64,000 bases of DNA from an uncultured Trueperaceae bacterium (GTDB taxonomy: Bacteria > Deinococcota > Deinococci > Deinococcales > Trueperaceae): assembly GCA_963727505.1 (NCBI GenBank), contig CAVSGP010000004.1, positions 256,001 to 320,000 on the forward strand, in the 5' to 3' direction. Of the stretch, positions 21,533 through 31,127 are shown in pieces. The notes beneath the pieces are model-generated. The model saw only the letters and a program-made list of their open reading frames with translations, was not told the DNA's origin and made no database searches. A program made the position numbers and the translations under genes. Position 1 is the stretch's first letter, and each line of letters starts with the position of its first letter.

Positions 21533-22318
21533 GCGGGCCTCCTCGGGACGCTCGATCCGGGCGACGAGGGTCCCCGGGTTGTAGCTGAACGAGCTGCGCA
21601 CGTGGATGCGCACGCCGTACCGCCGGGCGTACCAGACGCTGCGCGGGTGGAGCACCCCGGCGCCCAGCGCCGCGAGCTCGAGCATCTCGTCGTAGTCGAC
21701 GCTCTCGAGCTTCCGCGCCGTCGGGATGAGGTGCGGGTCGGTGGTGTACACCCCCTCGGTGTCGGTGTAGATCTCGCACTCCCGAGCGCCCAGCGCGGCC
21801 GCCAGCGCCACCGCCGTGGTGTCGGAGCCACCGCGCCCCAGGGTGGTGATGGCGCCGTCCGAGTCCACGCCCTGGAAGCCCGCCACCACCGCGACCTCTC
21901 CCGCGTCGAGCGCGGCTCGCACGCGCCGCGTGTCGACCTCCAGGATGCGGGCGCTGCCGTGCTGCGCGTCGGTCAGGAACCCCGCCTGCGCCCCCGTGAA
22001 GGAGCGCGCCTTCACCCCCAGCGACTGCAGCGCCATGGCGAGGAGCGCGATCGACTGCTGCTCGCCCGTCGTCAGCAGCACGTCGAGCTCGCGCCGCGAC
22101 GGGCGGGGCGCCAGCTCGCGCGCCATCCCCACCAGCCGGTCCGTGCTGTGGCCCATCGCGGACACGGTGACGGCGACCTGACGGCCGCCCGCCACGGTCG
22201 CAGCGATGCGCGCCGCCACCTTGCGGATGCGTTCGACGTCGCCGACGCTGGTGCCGCCGTACTTCTGCACCAGGGGCGTCTCCGGGGGGGCAGCGCTCGC
22301 CGCGCTCCTCGAACTCAT
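21035..22318 (-). CDS. ask: Aspartate kinase (alpha subunit)
   Basis: VQKYGGTSV, TTLGRGGSDTTA, YTTDP, two C-terminal ACT domains. Confidence 0.96.
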   Translation of the reverse strand: MSSRSAASAAPPETPLVQKYGGTSVGDVERIRKVAARIAATVAGGRQVAVTVSAMGHSTDRLVGMARELAPRPSRRELDVLLTTGEQQSIALLAMALQSLGVKARSFTGAQAGFLTDAQHGSARILEVDTRRVRAALDAGEVAVVAGFQGVDSDGAITTLGRGGSDTTAVALAAALGARECEIYTDTEGVYTTDPHLIPTARKLESVDYDEMLELAALGAGVLHPRSVWYARRYGVRIHVRSSFSYNPGTLVARIERPEEARMITEKPVTGVALDLNHARIDVHGVPDEPGIAARLFAALGRAGVSPDMIVQGVRAVSESRQQMAFTVPQDVMQEALDAIQPVLEGFGASATADPDVAKLSIVGIAVGSTPGVAGRMFDAVATAGANIEMITTSEVRISVVIPAQRAKEALRAVHAAFGLDAPEQAG

Positions 22319-22457
22319 GGCCTGCCACGATACCCGCCGCTCCCTCGCAGACGCAAATCCGGGTCGCGGGCGAGCCCTCACGCGCCCGAGGACATTCAAC
22401 CTTAGGTGGGACATTTCGCCTTTTTGTGCCCCCGAAGCCCCGTGGTACAAGGAACGC

Positions 22458-23837
22458 ATGAGTTCTGTGCAGCCTTCTCCCCTGCGCGTCGCCGTCATCG
22501 GCGCCGGGCCGTCGGGCTTCTATGCCACGGACGCGTTGCTCAAGCAGCGTGAGGACGTCTCGGTCGACCTGATCGACCGCCTGCCGACCCCCTACGGCCT
22601 GGTGCGTTACGGTGTTGCGCCCGACCACCAGAAGATCAAATCGGTGACCAAGCTCTACGAGCGCACCTGCAGCGATCCCCGGGTCCGTTTCCTGGGCAAC
22701 GTCGACTTCGGTCGCGACCTCACGCACGAGGACGTGACACGCCACTACCACGCCGTGATCTACGCCGTGGGCGCACCGTCGGACCGCAACCTCGGCATCC
22801 CCGGCGAGGACAAGTCGGCCTGCCTGTCGGCCACCGAGTTCGTTGCCTGGTACAACGGTCACCCCGACTACGTCGGCCTCGAGGTCCCGTTGGACGCCCA
22901 GAGCGTGGCCGTCGTCGGGATGGGCAACGTCGCCGTCGACGTGGCACGGGTGCTGGCGAAGTCGGTGGACGAGCTGGCACAGACCGACATGGCGGACTAT
23001 GCCGTCGATCACCTCCGCACCAGCCACGTGACCGACGTGTACATGCTCGGGCGCCGCGGCCCCGCGGAGGCGAAGTTCACCACCAAGGAGCTGCGCGAGC
23101 TCGGCGAGCTCGCCAACGCCGACATCGTGGTCCTCCCCGAGGAGCTCGAGGTGTCCGAGGCGAGCATGAAGGGCATCGAAGACGACGCCACCAAGCTCAA
23201 GAACCTCGAGGTGCTGCGGGAGATGGCGGCCAAGCCTCTGGAAGGCAAGCCCAGGAGGCTCCACATCCGCTTCTGCGTCTCCCCCGTCGAGGTGCTCGGC
23301 GACGAGCGCATCGCGGGCGTCAGGCTCGAACGCAACCGCCTGGAGCCCACCGAGTCCGGTTACATGCGTTCGGTCGGAACCGGCGAGTACGAGACCCTGG
23401 ACGCGCAGCTTCTGCTGCGGTCGGTCGGCTACCAGGGCACGGCGTTGCCGGGCATCCCCTTCGACGCCCGGAAGCACGTCATCCCGAACGACCAGGGCCG
23501 CGTGCTCGAGAGCCCCGACGGCGCGCCGCTGGCCGGCGAGTACGTGGCCGGCTGGATCAAGCGCGGCCCCACCGGCGTGATCGGCACCAACAAGGCCGAC
23601 GCCATGGAGACGGTCGCGTCGCTGCTGGGCGACGAGCTGCCGTCGATCGATGCAGCGAAGGCCTCACCGGCCGCGGTCGACCGGTTGCTGCAGGAGCGCG
23701 GCGTGCACCCGTTCGACTTCGAGCGCTGGCTGGCGCTGGACAAGTACGAGCAGGAAGCGGGCAAGGCCGCGGGCCGCCCGCGCGTCAAGGTGACCGCCCT
23801 CGAGGAGATGCTTCGCCTGGCGAAGCCCGAGGTCTGA
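22458..23837 (+). CDS. Ferredoxin--NADP+ reductase (adrenodoxin reductase/FprA-like)
   Basis: GAGPSG, PYGLVRYGVAPDH, GMGNVAVDVAR, GWIKRGPTGVIGTN. Confidence 0.93.
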   Translation: MSSVQPSPLRVAVIGAGPSGFYATDALLKQREDVSVDLIDRLPTPYGLVRYGVAPDHQKIKSVTKLYERTCSDPRVRFLGNVDFGRDLTHEDVTRHYHAVIYAVGAPSDRNLGIPGEDKSACLSATEFVAWYNGHPDYVGLEVPLDAQSVAVVGMGNVAVDVARVLAKSVDELAQTDMADYAVDHLRTSHVTDVYMLGRRGPAEAKFTTKELRELGELANADIVVLPEELEVSEASMKGIEDDATKLKNLEVLREMAAKPLEGKPRRLHIRFCVSPVEVLGDERIAGVRLERNRLEPTESGYMRSVGTGEYETLDAQLLLRSVGYQGTALPGIPFDARKHVIPNDQGRVLESPDGAPLAGEYVAGWIKRGPTGVIGTNKADAMETVASLLGDELPSIDAAKASPAAVDRLLQERGVHPFDFERWLALDKYEQEAGKAAGRPRVKVTALEEMLRLAKPEV

Positions 23838-23910
23838 CCGCCCCGACGACAGCCGAGGAACCGAAGATGCGCTGGCGACGGTCTCTGCGGACCGTCGCCA
23901 GCGCCGTGCT

Positions 23911-24876
23911 CTAGTCTCCGCCGCTCCCGCCGAGCTGCGCCTCCCGGGAGACGACCGCTTCCTCACCAATGATGCCCCGCGGGCGCGCCATCAGGATTCC
24001 GAGCAGCACCAGGCCGATCAGGATCACCTGCAGGGCTCCGCCCTTGACCTGGAGCCCGGACGGCAGCACCGCCTGGGCGACCGAACCGGTGCCGGTCCAG
24101 AACCCCCAGATGAGGACCGTCCCGAGGATGGCGCCGCGGTTGTTGCCGCTGCCACCGGCGATCAGCATGGCCCAGATCTCGAACGTAAGGATCGGCAGGA
24201 AGTCGGTGGGCGCGACGAAGCCCACGAAGCTGGCGTTCAGCGCTCCGCCCAGCCCCATGATGACGCAGCCGATGACGAAGGACTGCAGCCGGAAGCGCAA
24301 GGGATCCTTACCGAGCGAGGAGGCAGCCGATTCGTCCTCGCGGATCGCCTTCAGCACGCGCCCCCACGGCGACCGGACCATCGCCTCGAGGGCGAAGTAG
24401 ACAACCACGACCACGGCGATCACCAGCAGCAGGAAGACGACGTTGTTGGCGAAGTTGTTCTGGATCACGTCCTGGAAGGGCCTGGGGATGCTCTGGGCGC
24501 CCCGGCTCCCACCGGTCAGTCCCTTGGCGTTGAGCGCGATGAGTCGCAGCACCTCGGCGATCCCGATGGTGGCGATCGCCAGGTAGTCCTCTCGCAAGCG
24601 CAGCGTCGGTATGCCGACGACGATTGCAACCAGGCCTGCGGCCGCCATCGCGCCCAAGACGCCCACGACGATCGGAAGGCCGAACCCGCCTAGGTGGGTG
24701 GCGTAAGGCGGACCGCTCAGGATGGCGAAGGTGTAGGACCCGACCAGGAAGAACCCTGCCACACCGATGTTGAACAGGCCGGTATAACCCCACTGGAGGT
24801 TGAGACCCAACGCCACGATGGAGTACACCATCGCCTGGATCAAGAAGAAGACGACGTAGGACAGGATGCCGATCAC
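23911..24876 (-). CDS. livM: Branched-chain amino acid-type ABC transporter permease (LivM-like)
   Basis: GLNLQWGYTG, LRLREDYLAIAT, GRVLKAIREDE; GTG overlaps the livH stop. Confidence 0.88.
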   Translation of the reverse strand: MIGILSYVVFFLIQAMVYSIVALGLNLQWGYTGLFNIGVAGFFLVGSYTFAILSGPPYATHLGGFGLPIVVGVLGAMAAAGLVAIVVGIPTLRLREDYLAIATIGIAEVLRLIALNAKGLTGGSRGAQSIPRPFQDVIQNNFANNVVFLLLVIAVVVVVYFALEAMVRSPWGRVLKAIREDESAASSLGKDPLRFRLQSFVIGCVIMGLGGALNASFVGFVAPTDFLPILTFEIWAMLIAGGSGNNRGAILGTVLIWGFWTGTGSVAQAVLPSGLQVKGGALQVILIGLVLLGILMARPRGIIGEEAVVSREAQLGGSGGD

Positions 24877-25763
24877 GAGCGTTCCCCCAGGATCCCGCTC
24901 GGTAGGACCAGCAGGATCAGGAACATCAGCGCGAACGCCACCGCGGGCTTGTACCCCGGGTCGATCCATATGACCGACACCGACTCCGCCAGACCGATCA
25001 CGAGTCCGCCCAGGACCGCGCCGTACACGCTGCCGACGCCGCCGAGGATGGCCGCGGCGAACATCGGGAGGATCAGGGTGAAGCCCATGGTGGGGATCAT
25101 CTGCACGGTCAGCCCGTAGAAGACGCCGCCGACCGCCGCCAGCGAGCCCCCGACCACCCACACCATGCGGATGACGTTGGTCACGTTGACACCCGTGACC
25201 TGCGCCAGCAGGGCGTTATCGGAAACGGCGCGCATCGCCTTCCCAAGGCGGGTGCGCGTCAGGAACAGGTGCAGCGCCACCATGAGCACCGCCGCGAGCA
25301 CCACCACGAAGATCTCGTCGCTGGTGACCCGCACGCCGGGCAGGATGGGCCGCGCGATGGCGATGGCGCGGGAGTAGTACTCGGGCTGCGGGCCCCAGAT
25401 GAACACGACTACGTTGCGCAGCATCAGCGAAGCGCCGAACGAGGCGATCACCAGAGCCACGGCTACGTCGCTCTTCCGGAGCACGCGGTAGACGATGAAA
25501 TCGATGAGGACCGCAAGGCCGGCCGTGAGCGCCGCCGCCAGCACGATGACCAGGATGAACCCCCAGCCGAAGGTCAGGTTGCCCAGGTTGGGCCCGAACG
25601 CGAGCGGTCCGGCGAGCGTCAGACCGAAGTATGCGCCGAACGTGAGCAGCTCCCCGTGGGCGAAGTTCGCGAACCGCAGGATGTTGAACGTGAGCGTCAG
25701 GCCGATGGCACCGAGCGCGAGCGTCGCACCCAGGATGATGCCGTCGGCGATGTACTGACCCAC
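24873..25763 (-). CDS. livH: Branched-chain amino acid-type ABC transporter permease (LivH-like)
   Basis: NFAHGE, GKAMRAVSDN, AAILGGVGS. Confidence 0.88.
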   Translation of the reverse strand: MGQYIADGIILGATLALGAIGLTLTFNILRFANFAHGELLTFGAYFGLTLAGPLAFGPNLGNLTFGWGFILVIVLAAALTAGLAVLIDFIVYRVLRKSDVAVALVIASFGASLMLRNVVVFIWGPQPEYYSRAIAIARPILPGVRVTSDEIFVVVLAAVLMVALHLFLTRTRLGKAMRAVSDNALLAQVTGVNVTNVIRMVWVVGGSLAAVGGVFYGLTVQMIPTMGFTLILPMFAAAILGGVGSVYGAVLGGLVIGLAESVSVIWIDPGYKPAVAFALMFLILLVLPSGILGERS

Positions 25764-26491
25764 TAGGCCAACCCCTTTCGCGCCCCGAGGTAGAGCTCAC
25801 CGACCTCGGGGTTCTCCAGCAGTTCCTGGGCGGGCCCGGAGACCTGATCCTGCCCCTCCGCGAGCACGTAGCCGCGGTCGGAGATGGCCAGGGCCGCCTT
25901 GGCATTCTGCTCCACGATGAGGATCGTCACCCCGATCTCTCTCACCTCGCGGATCTTGTCGAAGACGTGTCCGACCAGCAGCGGGGACAGGCCCGCCGAA
26001 GGCTCGTCGAGGAGCATCAGGCGAGGCTGGAGCATCAAAGCCCTGCCGATCGCCACCATCTGCCGTTGCCCGCCCGACAGCCGGCCAGCTGCCTGCCGGC
26101 GCAACCGATGCAGGTCGGGGAAGGTCGCATACACCTGCTCGAGGCCGCGCCGGATCTCGCGGGTCCGCACGTACGCCCCCAGCTCGAGGTTCTCCTCGAC
26201 CGTCATCTTGGGGAACACGTTGTTCGTCTGCGGCACGTATCCGACCCCGTGCGCCACCATCTTGTGGGCGGGCAGGTTGGAGATATCGTCGCCGAAGAGC
26301 TTCAACGCTCCCGAGCGCACGCGCAACAGCCCGGCGACGACCTTGATCAGGGTCGACTTGCCGGCACCGTTGGGCCCCAGCACCGTGACGATCTCGCCGT
26401 GCTGCACCTCCAACCCGACACCGCGCAGGATGTCCACGCCGGCAACGTATCCGGCCACGACCTCCTCGACGGACAAGGCCAGTTCGCTCAT
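25763..26491 (-). CDS. livF: ABC transporter ATP-binding protein (LivF-like)
   Basis: GPNGAGKST, LSGGQRQM, LLDEPSAGL. Confidence 0.9.
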   Translation of the reverse strand: MSELALSVEEVVAGYVAGVDILRGVGLEVQHGEIVTVLGPNGAGKSTLIKVVAGLLRVRSGALKLFGDDISNLPAHKMVAHGVGYVPQTNNVFPKMTVEENLELGAYVRTREIRRGLEQVYATFPDLHRLRRQAAGRLSGGQRQMVAIGRALMLQPRLMLLDEPSAGLSPLLVGHVFDKIREVREIGVTILIVEQNAKAALAISDRGYVLAEGQDQVSGPAQELLENPEVGELYLGARKGLA

Positions 26492-27285
26492 GCGGGCGCC
26501 CCTCCCAGATACGCCTCGAGTACCCGCGCGTCGGTACGGACCTCGTCGGGAGAGCCCACCATGAGCAGGCTTCCCTGCGCCATGACCAGCACCGGGTCGC
26601 ACAGCGCGGCGATCAGGTCCATGTTGTGCTCGATGATCAGGAACGTGATACCGGTCTCATGGATCTCCTGCAGCTTGTCCATGATGGTGCCCAGCAAGGT
26701 GGGGTTGACGCCGGCGCCGGGCTCGTCGAGAAGGATCAACTTGGGATCGGCCATCAACGCTCGGGCGATCTCCAGCAGCTTCTGCTGACCCCCCGAGAGG
26801 TTCTTGGCATACTCGCCGGCGAGACGCTCGAGCCCGAGGAACGCCAGCATCTCGCGCGCGCGGTCGCGTGAGCTGCGCTCCTGCGTGCGCACGGCGCCGC
26901 GCTGCACCCAGTTGTTCCAGAAGCGCTCGCCCGCCTGATCCATCGGCACCAGCATCACGTTCTCAAGCACCGTCATCTCGGCGAACGGCCGTGGGATCTG
27001 GAAGGTCCGCACCAGGCCCGTTCGGAAGATGGCGTGCGGCGGTCGGCCGTCGATCCGGTGACCGACGAAGGAGATGGTCCCGGAGCTGGGACGCATCGCA
27101 CCGGCCAGCATGTTGAACATGGTGGTCTTGCCGGCCCCGTTGGGACCGATGAGACCGGTGATGGTTCCCTCCGCGACCCGGAACGTCACCCGGTTCACGG
27201 CGCGTAGCCCGCCGAAGTCCTTGACTAGGTTCGTTACCTCTAGCATCCCGTTCCCTGTCATGTGAAGAGCCGCATTGGCGCGCAT
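26488..27285 (-). CDS. livG: ABC transporter ATP-binding protein (LivG-like); exact start uncertain
   Basis: FGGLRAV, GPNGAGKTT, RTFQ, LLDEPGAG, AYLG. Confidence 0.9.
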   Translation of the reverse strand: MRANAALHMTGNGMLEVTNLVKDFGGLRAVNRVTFRVAEGTITGLIGPNGAGKTTMFNMLAGAMRPSSGTISFVGHRIDGRPPHAIFRTGLVRTFQIPRPFAEMTVLENVMLVPMDQAGERFWNNWVQRGAVRTQERSSRDRAREMLAFLGLERLAGEYAKNLSGGQQKLLEIARALMADPKLILLDEPGAGVNPTLLGTIMDKLQEIHETGITFLIIEHNMDLIAALCDPVLVMAQGSLLMVGSPDEVRTDARVLEAYLGGAPA

Positions 27286-27458
27286 GGACCGATCCTGCGC
27301 CCCGACCGTCTGTATTCGCTCGGAAAGATATTAACAGATGGAGCGCCCCGCGAGCGCATGCCCTCCGAAAACCGGGAGCGCCCCTTCCGCCGCAGGACCC
27401 GCGTGGCCACCGCACCGACGGCCAGCATTGCCCTCGCCGGAGCGGGTGAAACCATGAA

Positions 27459-27491
27459 GAGGGGGCCGCCGGACGAACCGACGGCCCCCTC
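27459..27491 (-). terminator. Strong stem-loop after the substrate-binding protein gene (terminator or mRNA stabiliser)
   Basis: Inverted repeat GAGGGGGCCG...CGGCCCCCTC about 20 nt past the stop codon. Confidence 0.6.
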
Positions 27492-27509
27492 GCCCAGGGT
27501 CGCGAGGAC

Positions 27510-28772
27510 CTACTTCTTGAGCTCGGCCTGGACCTTCTGGATCTCGGCCACCGTGATCATTCCGTTGTTGGCCACCTTGCCATCACTGCCGACCGTCCAC
27601 TTGACGTACGGGCCGGCCACGTCGCCGTACTGGTCGAACTGCAGCGGGCCAGTTGCGCCGATGTACTGGATCGTCGTGCCCAGCTTCATGAGGCCGGTCG
27701 CCGCCTGCAACTCGCTGACCCCGGCGTAGACCTTCTGGCCGTTAGGGTCGGTCACCTTGCGCATGGCGTCGCGGATGGCCGCCGTGTCGGTGGTCGTCTT
27801 GGCGTAATCCATCGCCAGACCCACGATGATGGTGGCGTCGTACGCGTTGGTGATGAACGCCTGCGTTGGGAGGCTGCCGAACTTCGCCTTGTACTCCGTC
27901 TGGAAGGTCGTCAGGGACGGCGTGTCCGAGGTACCGGGCGCCGTGCCGTAGACCTTCTTGAAGTACTGGGCGCCCACGTCGTCGATGAAGGCCTGGCCCT
28001 CCAGGCCGTCAGGCAGCAGCCACGTCTGCGGGCCACCGGAGGCCACCCATTCGCGCGCGATGGTCGTGCCGTCACCCGGGTAGCCGATCAGGAACAGCGC
28101 TTCCGGACCGCCCGCGAGAGCCTTGGTGACCTCGGAACGGTAGGAGGGCTGATCCGGGTTGTACACGACGTCTTGCGTCACGGTGCCGCCCAGGCCCTCG
28201 AAGGCCTTGGAGAACTCGTCGTTCAGGCCCTGGCCGTAGGCGTTGTTGAGGTACAACACGGCGACCTTCCTGAGCCCGCCGGTGTACGCGTAGTCGGCCA
28301 TCGCGACGCCCTGGAGGGCGTCCGACGCAGCCGTGCGGAAGAAGAAGCCGCCGGTCTTGCCCTGCTTACCGAGATCGGTCAGCGTGGGCGAGGTGGAGGC
28401 GGGTGAGATCAGGATCACGTTGTTCGGTGCCGTGACCGAGGTGAGGATGGCGGTAGTGATGCCGCTCGACAGCGCCCCGACGATCGCGGGCACGTGCTGA
28501 ACGTCCACCAGCTTCTTGGCCGCGTCGACCCCGACGTTCGCCTGCGTCTGGTTGTCGGACAACGACAGCTTCACGGTGCAGCCGTTCACTCCCCCGGCTG
28601 CGTTCAGATCAGAGACGGCCAGTTGTGCGCCCTTCGCGATCTGTTGACCGAGGACCCCCAGGGATCCCGTCAGTGCCATGACACTTCCGATGGTTACCGT
28701 GCAGCTCTGCGCCATGGCCGAGCCGAACGCCAGAGCTGTGACAACCACGCCTACCTTGAGAACCTTCCTCAT
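27510..28772 (-). CDS. ABC transporter substrate-binding protein (Leu/Ile/Val-binding family)
   Basis: Signal peptide, LTG..G, NAAGGVNG, GALSS, ISPASTSP, NAYG; AAAGGAG RBS. Confidence 0.9.
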   Translation of the reverse strand: MRKVLKVGVVVTALAFGSAMAQSCTVTIGSVMALTGSLGVLGQQIAKGAQLAVSDLNAAGGVNGCTVKLSLSDNQTQANVGVDAAKKLVDVQHVPAIVGALSSGITTAILTSVTAPNNVILISPASTSPTLTDLGKQGKTGGFFFRTAASDALQGVAMADYAYTGGLRKVAVLYLNNAYGQGLNDEFSKAFEGLGGTVTQDVVYNPDQPSYRSEVTKALAGGPEALFLIGYPGDGTTIAREWVASGGPQTWLLPDGLEGQAFIDDVGAQYFKKVYGTAPGTSDTPSLTTFQTEYKAKFGSLPTQAFITNAYDATIIVGLAMDYAKTTTDTAAIRDAMRKVTDPNGQKVYAGVSELQAATGLMKLGTTIQYIGATGPLQFDQYGDVAGPYVKWTVGSDGKVANNGMITVAEIQKVQAELKK

Positions 28773-29129
28773 CAGGCTCGCTCTCCTTTCGCGTTGCAGG
28801 TCCGAGTCTACCGGAGGCCATCCAAGATGTCCAGCAGGCGGCGATTCCCGCTTCGGGCGGTCGCGGCGAGCTCCGAACACCCCAACGGGTCCCGTTCCCC
28901 GACTCGCTTCTCGTCTGCGCTCGTGGCATCTCTGAAGCCCATCCGGCCGTCCCGTCCGGTCACAATCCGTCAGATGACCTACGGATCTTGCTCGGTGGCA
29001 CCGATCACTTGAACGCTGGGCACGATTCTGGTGTACACTTCGCCAACGCCGTACCGGCCCCCGTGGTACCGTCGGGTCCACCGCGGCCTCGCGCCGACCG
29101 GCACAACTCGTCCGAGGAGGGACCACTCG

Positions 29130-30470
29130 ATGGGCTTCAGCAAAGAGGACATCCGCAAGCAGCTACAGGAACACGACGTCAAGTTCCTGCGTCTGCAGTT
29201 CACGGACATCTTGGGGCACAACAAGAACGTCGAGCTGCCCGCCTCGCAGTTCGAGAAGGCGCTCGACGGCGAGATCATGTTCGACGGCTCGTCGGTGCAG
29301 GGCTTCACGCGCATCGAGGAGTCCGACATGCTCCTCGATCCCGATTTCGAGACCTTCCTCATCTTCCCCGACATCATCGAGGGAACCGAGCGCGGCACGG
29401 TGGCACGGCTGATCTGCAACATCAAGCTGCCCGACGGTTCGCCCTTCGAGGGCGATCCGCGGACCATCCTGCAGCGTGAGATCGACAAGCTCAAGAAGCT
29501 CGGCTTCGACGACATGTATGCCGGTCCCGAGCCGGAGTTCTTCCTCTTCCTGCGCGATGCCGACGGCACGCCGACGACCGTCACCCACGACAAGGCCGGC
29601 TACTTCGACCTGGCGCCGGTGGACCTCGGCGAGGACGCACGGCGCGACATGGTCAACGCGCTGGTCGAGATGGGCTTCGAGATCGAAGCGGCCCACCACG
29701 AGGTCGCGCCCGGGCAGCACGAGATCGACTTCAAGTACGACGAGGCGCTCCGGACCGCGGACGCCATCTCCACGTTCCGCATGGTGGTCAAGCGCATCGC
29801 GCTCAACCACGATCTGCACGCGACCTTCATGCCGAAGCCGGTGGCCGGCATCAACGGCTCGGGGATGCATACCCACCTGTCGGTGTTCAAGAACGGCAAG
29901 AACGCGTTCTTCGACGAGAAGGCCGAGTACCAGCTCTCCCGCACGGCGCTGAACTGGATCGCGGGGTTGCTCGAGCATGCCGCGGGCATGGTCGCGATCA
30001 CCAACCCCACGGTCAACAGCTACAAGCGTCTGACGCCGGGCTTCGAGGCTCCCACCAACATCGCGTGGTCGGCCTCCAACCGCAGCGCCATGATCCGCAT
30101 CCCGGCGCGCCGGGGGCTCGGCACCCGCAGCGAGCTGCGTATGCCCGACCCCTCGTGCAACCCCTACCTGGCGTTGGCCGTCATGCTGGCCGCCGGGCGG
30201 GACGGCATCGAACGCGACCTGATGCCGCCCCCCGCCATCCAGCGCAACATCTTCGAGATGAGCGTGCGGGATCGTCGGCGCCACAAGATCAAGGAACTCC
30301 CGGGCACCCTCCGCGAAGCCCTGGTCGCGTTGCAGAAGGACCGGACCATGGTCGAAGCACTGGGCGAGCACGCCTTCGAGCACTTCGTCGGCGCCAAGAC
30401 AAGCGAGTTCGACGACTACCGGATCGCCGTCCACGACTGGGAGCTCGACAAGTACCTGGCCGAGTACTGA
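29130..30470 (+). CDS. glnA: Glutamine synthetase type I
   Basis: [50 protein letters not shown]. Confidence 0.97.
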   Translation: MGFSKEDIRKQLQEHDVKFLRLQFTDILGHNKNVELPASQFEKALDGEIMFDGSSVQGFTRIEESDMLLDPDFETFLIFPDIIEGTERGTVARLICNIKLPDGSPFEGDPRTILQREIDKLKKLGFDDMYAGPEPEFFLFLRDADGTPTTVTHDKAGYFDLAPVDLGEDARRDMVNALVEMGFEIEAAHHEVAPGQHEIDFKYDEALRTADAISTFRMVVKRIALNHDLHATFMPKPVAGINGSGMHTHLSVFKNGKNAFFDEKAEYQLSRTALNWIAGLLEHAAGMVAITNPTVNSYKRLTPGFEAPTNIAWSASNRSAMIRIPARRGLGTRSELRMPDPSCNPYLALAVMLAAGRDGIERDLMPPPAIQRNIFEMSVRDRRRHKIKELPGTLREALVALQKDRTMVEALGEHAFEHFVGAKTSEFDDYRIAVHDWELDKYLAEY

Positions 30471-30494
30471 GCCGCACCTCGCGGCTCTCCTGCC

Positions 30495-31028
30495 ATGCCC
30501 AAGCCCGCTGACCAGCGTGCCGACTCCGCTCGGCCCTACATTGTGGTGGGCGTGGACCCCGGCATCGCGAACCTCGGCCTCGGAGCGATCGAGGAGGTGC
30601 GGCGAGACGCCCGCCTCCTCGCCTCCGAGGTCGTCCGCACGCGTTCCGGCGAGGCCCAGGCAACGCGACTGTTGACGTTGCGGGATGCGGTCGCCGCCTT
30701 CCTCGACGCCCACCGGCCCGACGCCCTGGCGATCGAGGGGCAGTTCTTCCATCAGCAGCGCGACGTGTCGTTCCGGGTGGGCCAGGCCTACGGCGTCGTG
30801 CTCCTGGCCGCCGCAGAACGCGGGGTGGCCGTCTTCGAGTACGGTCCCATGCAGGTCAAGCAGGCCCTGGTCGGCACAGGCCGCGCCCAGAAGACGCAGG
30901 TCGCGTTCATGGTGCGGGCGCTGCTGGGTCTCGACAAGGCCGTCGCCAACCACCACGCCGCGGACGCCCTGGCGCTGGCGCTCACGCACCTACACAGCCG
31001 GCGACTACCCTCGCAAGCCGGGCTCTGA
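30495..31028 (+). CDS. ruvC: Holliday junction resolvase RuvC
   Basis: GVDPG, AIEGQF, VKQALVGTGRAQK, HAADALA. Confidence 0.95.
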   Translation: MPKPADQRADSARPYIVVGVDPGIANLGLGAIEEVRRDARLLASEVVRTRSGEAQATRLLTLRDAVAAFLDAHRPDALAIEGQFFHQQRDVSFRVGQAYGVVLLAAAERGVAVFEYGPMQVKQALVGTGRAQKTQVAFMVRALLGLDKAVANHHAADALALALTHLHSRRLPSQAGL

Positions 31029-31127
31029 GCGCCACGCGCGCCGGACCACGTGCCGCCGTGCCGACCGTCCTTCGATCGACAGGTCGGCTCAGCGGTCAAC
31101 GCACGCTCCGTCGTGCGCTTCGTTCCG

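Noticed and set aside
28775..28930. Possible T-box or riboswitch upstream of the amino-acid binding protein
   Set aside because: No GGTGGNACCGCG-like T-box or recognisable aptamer found
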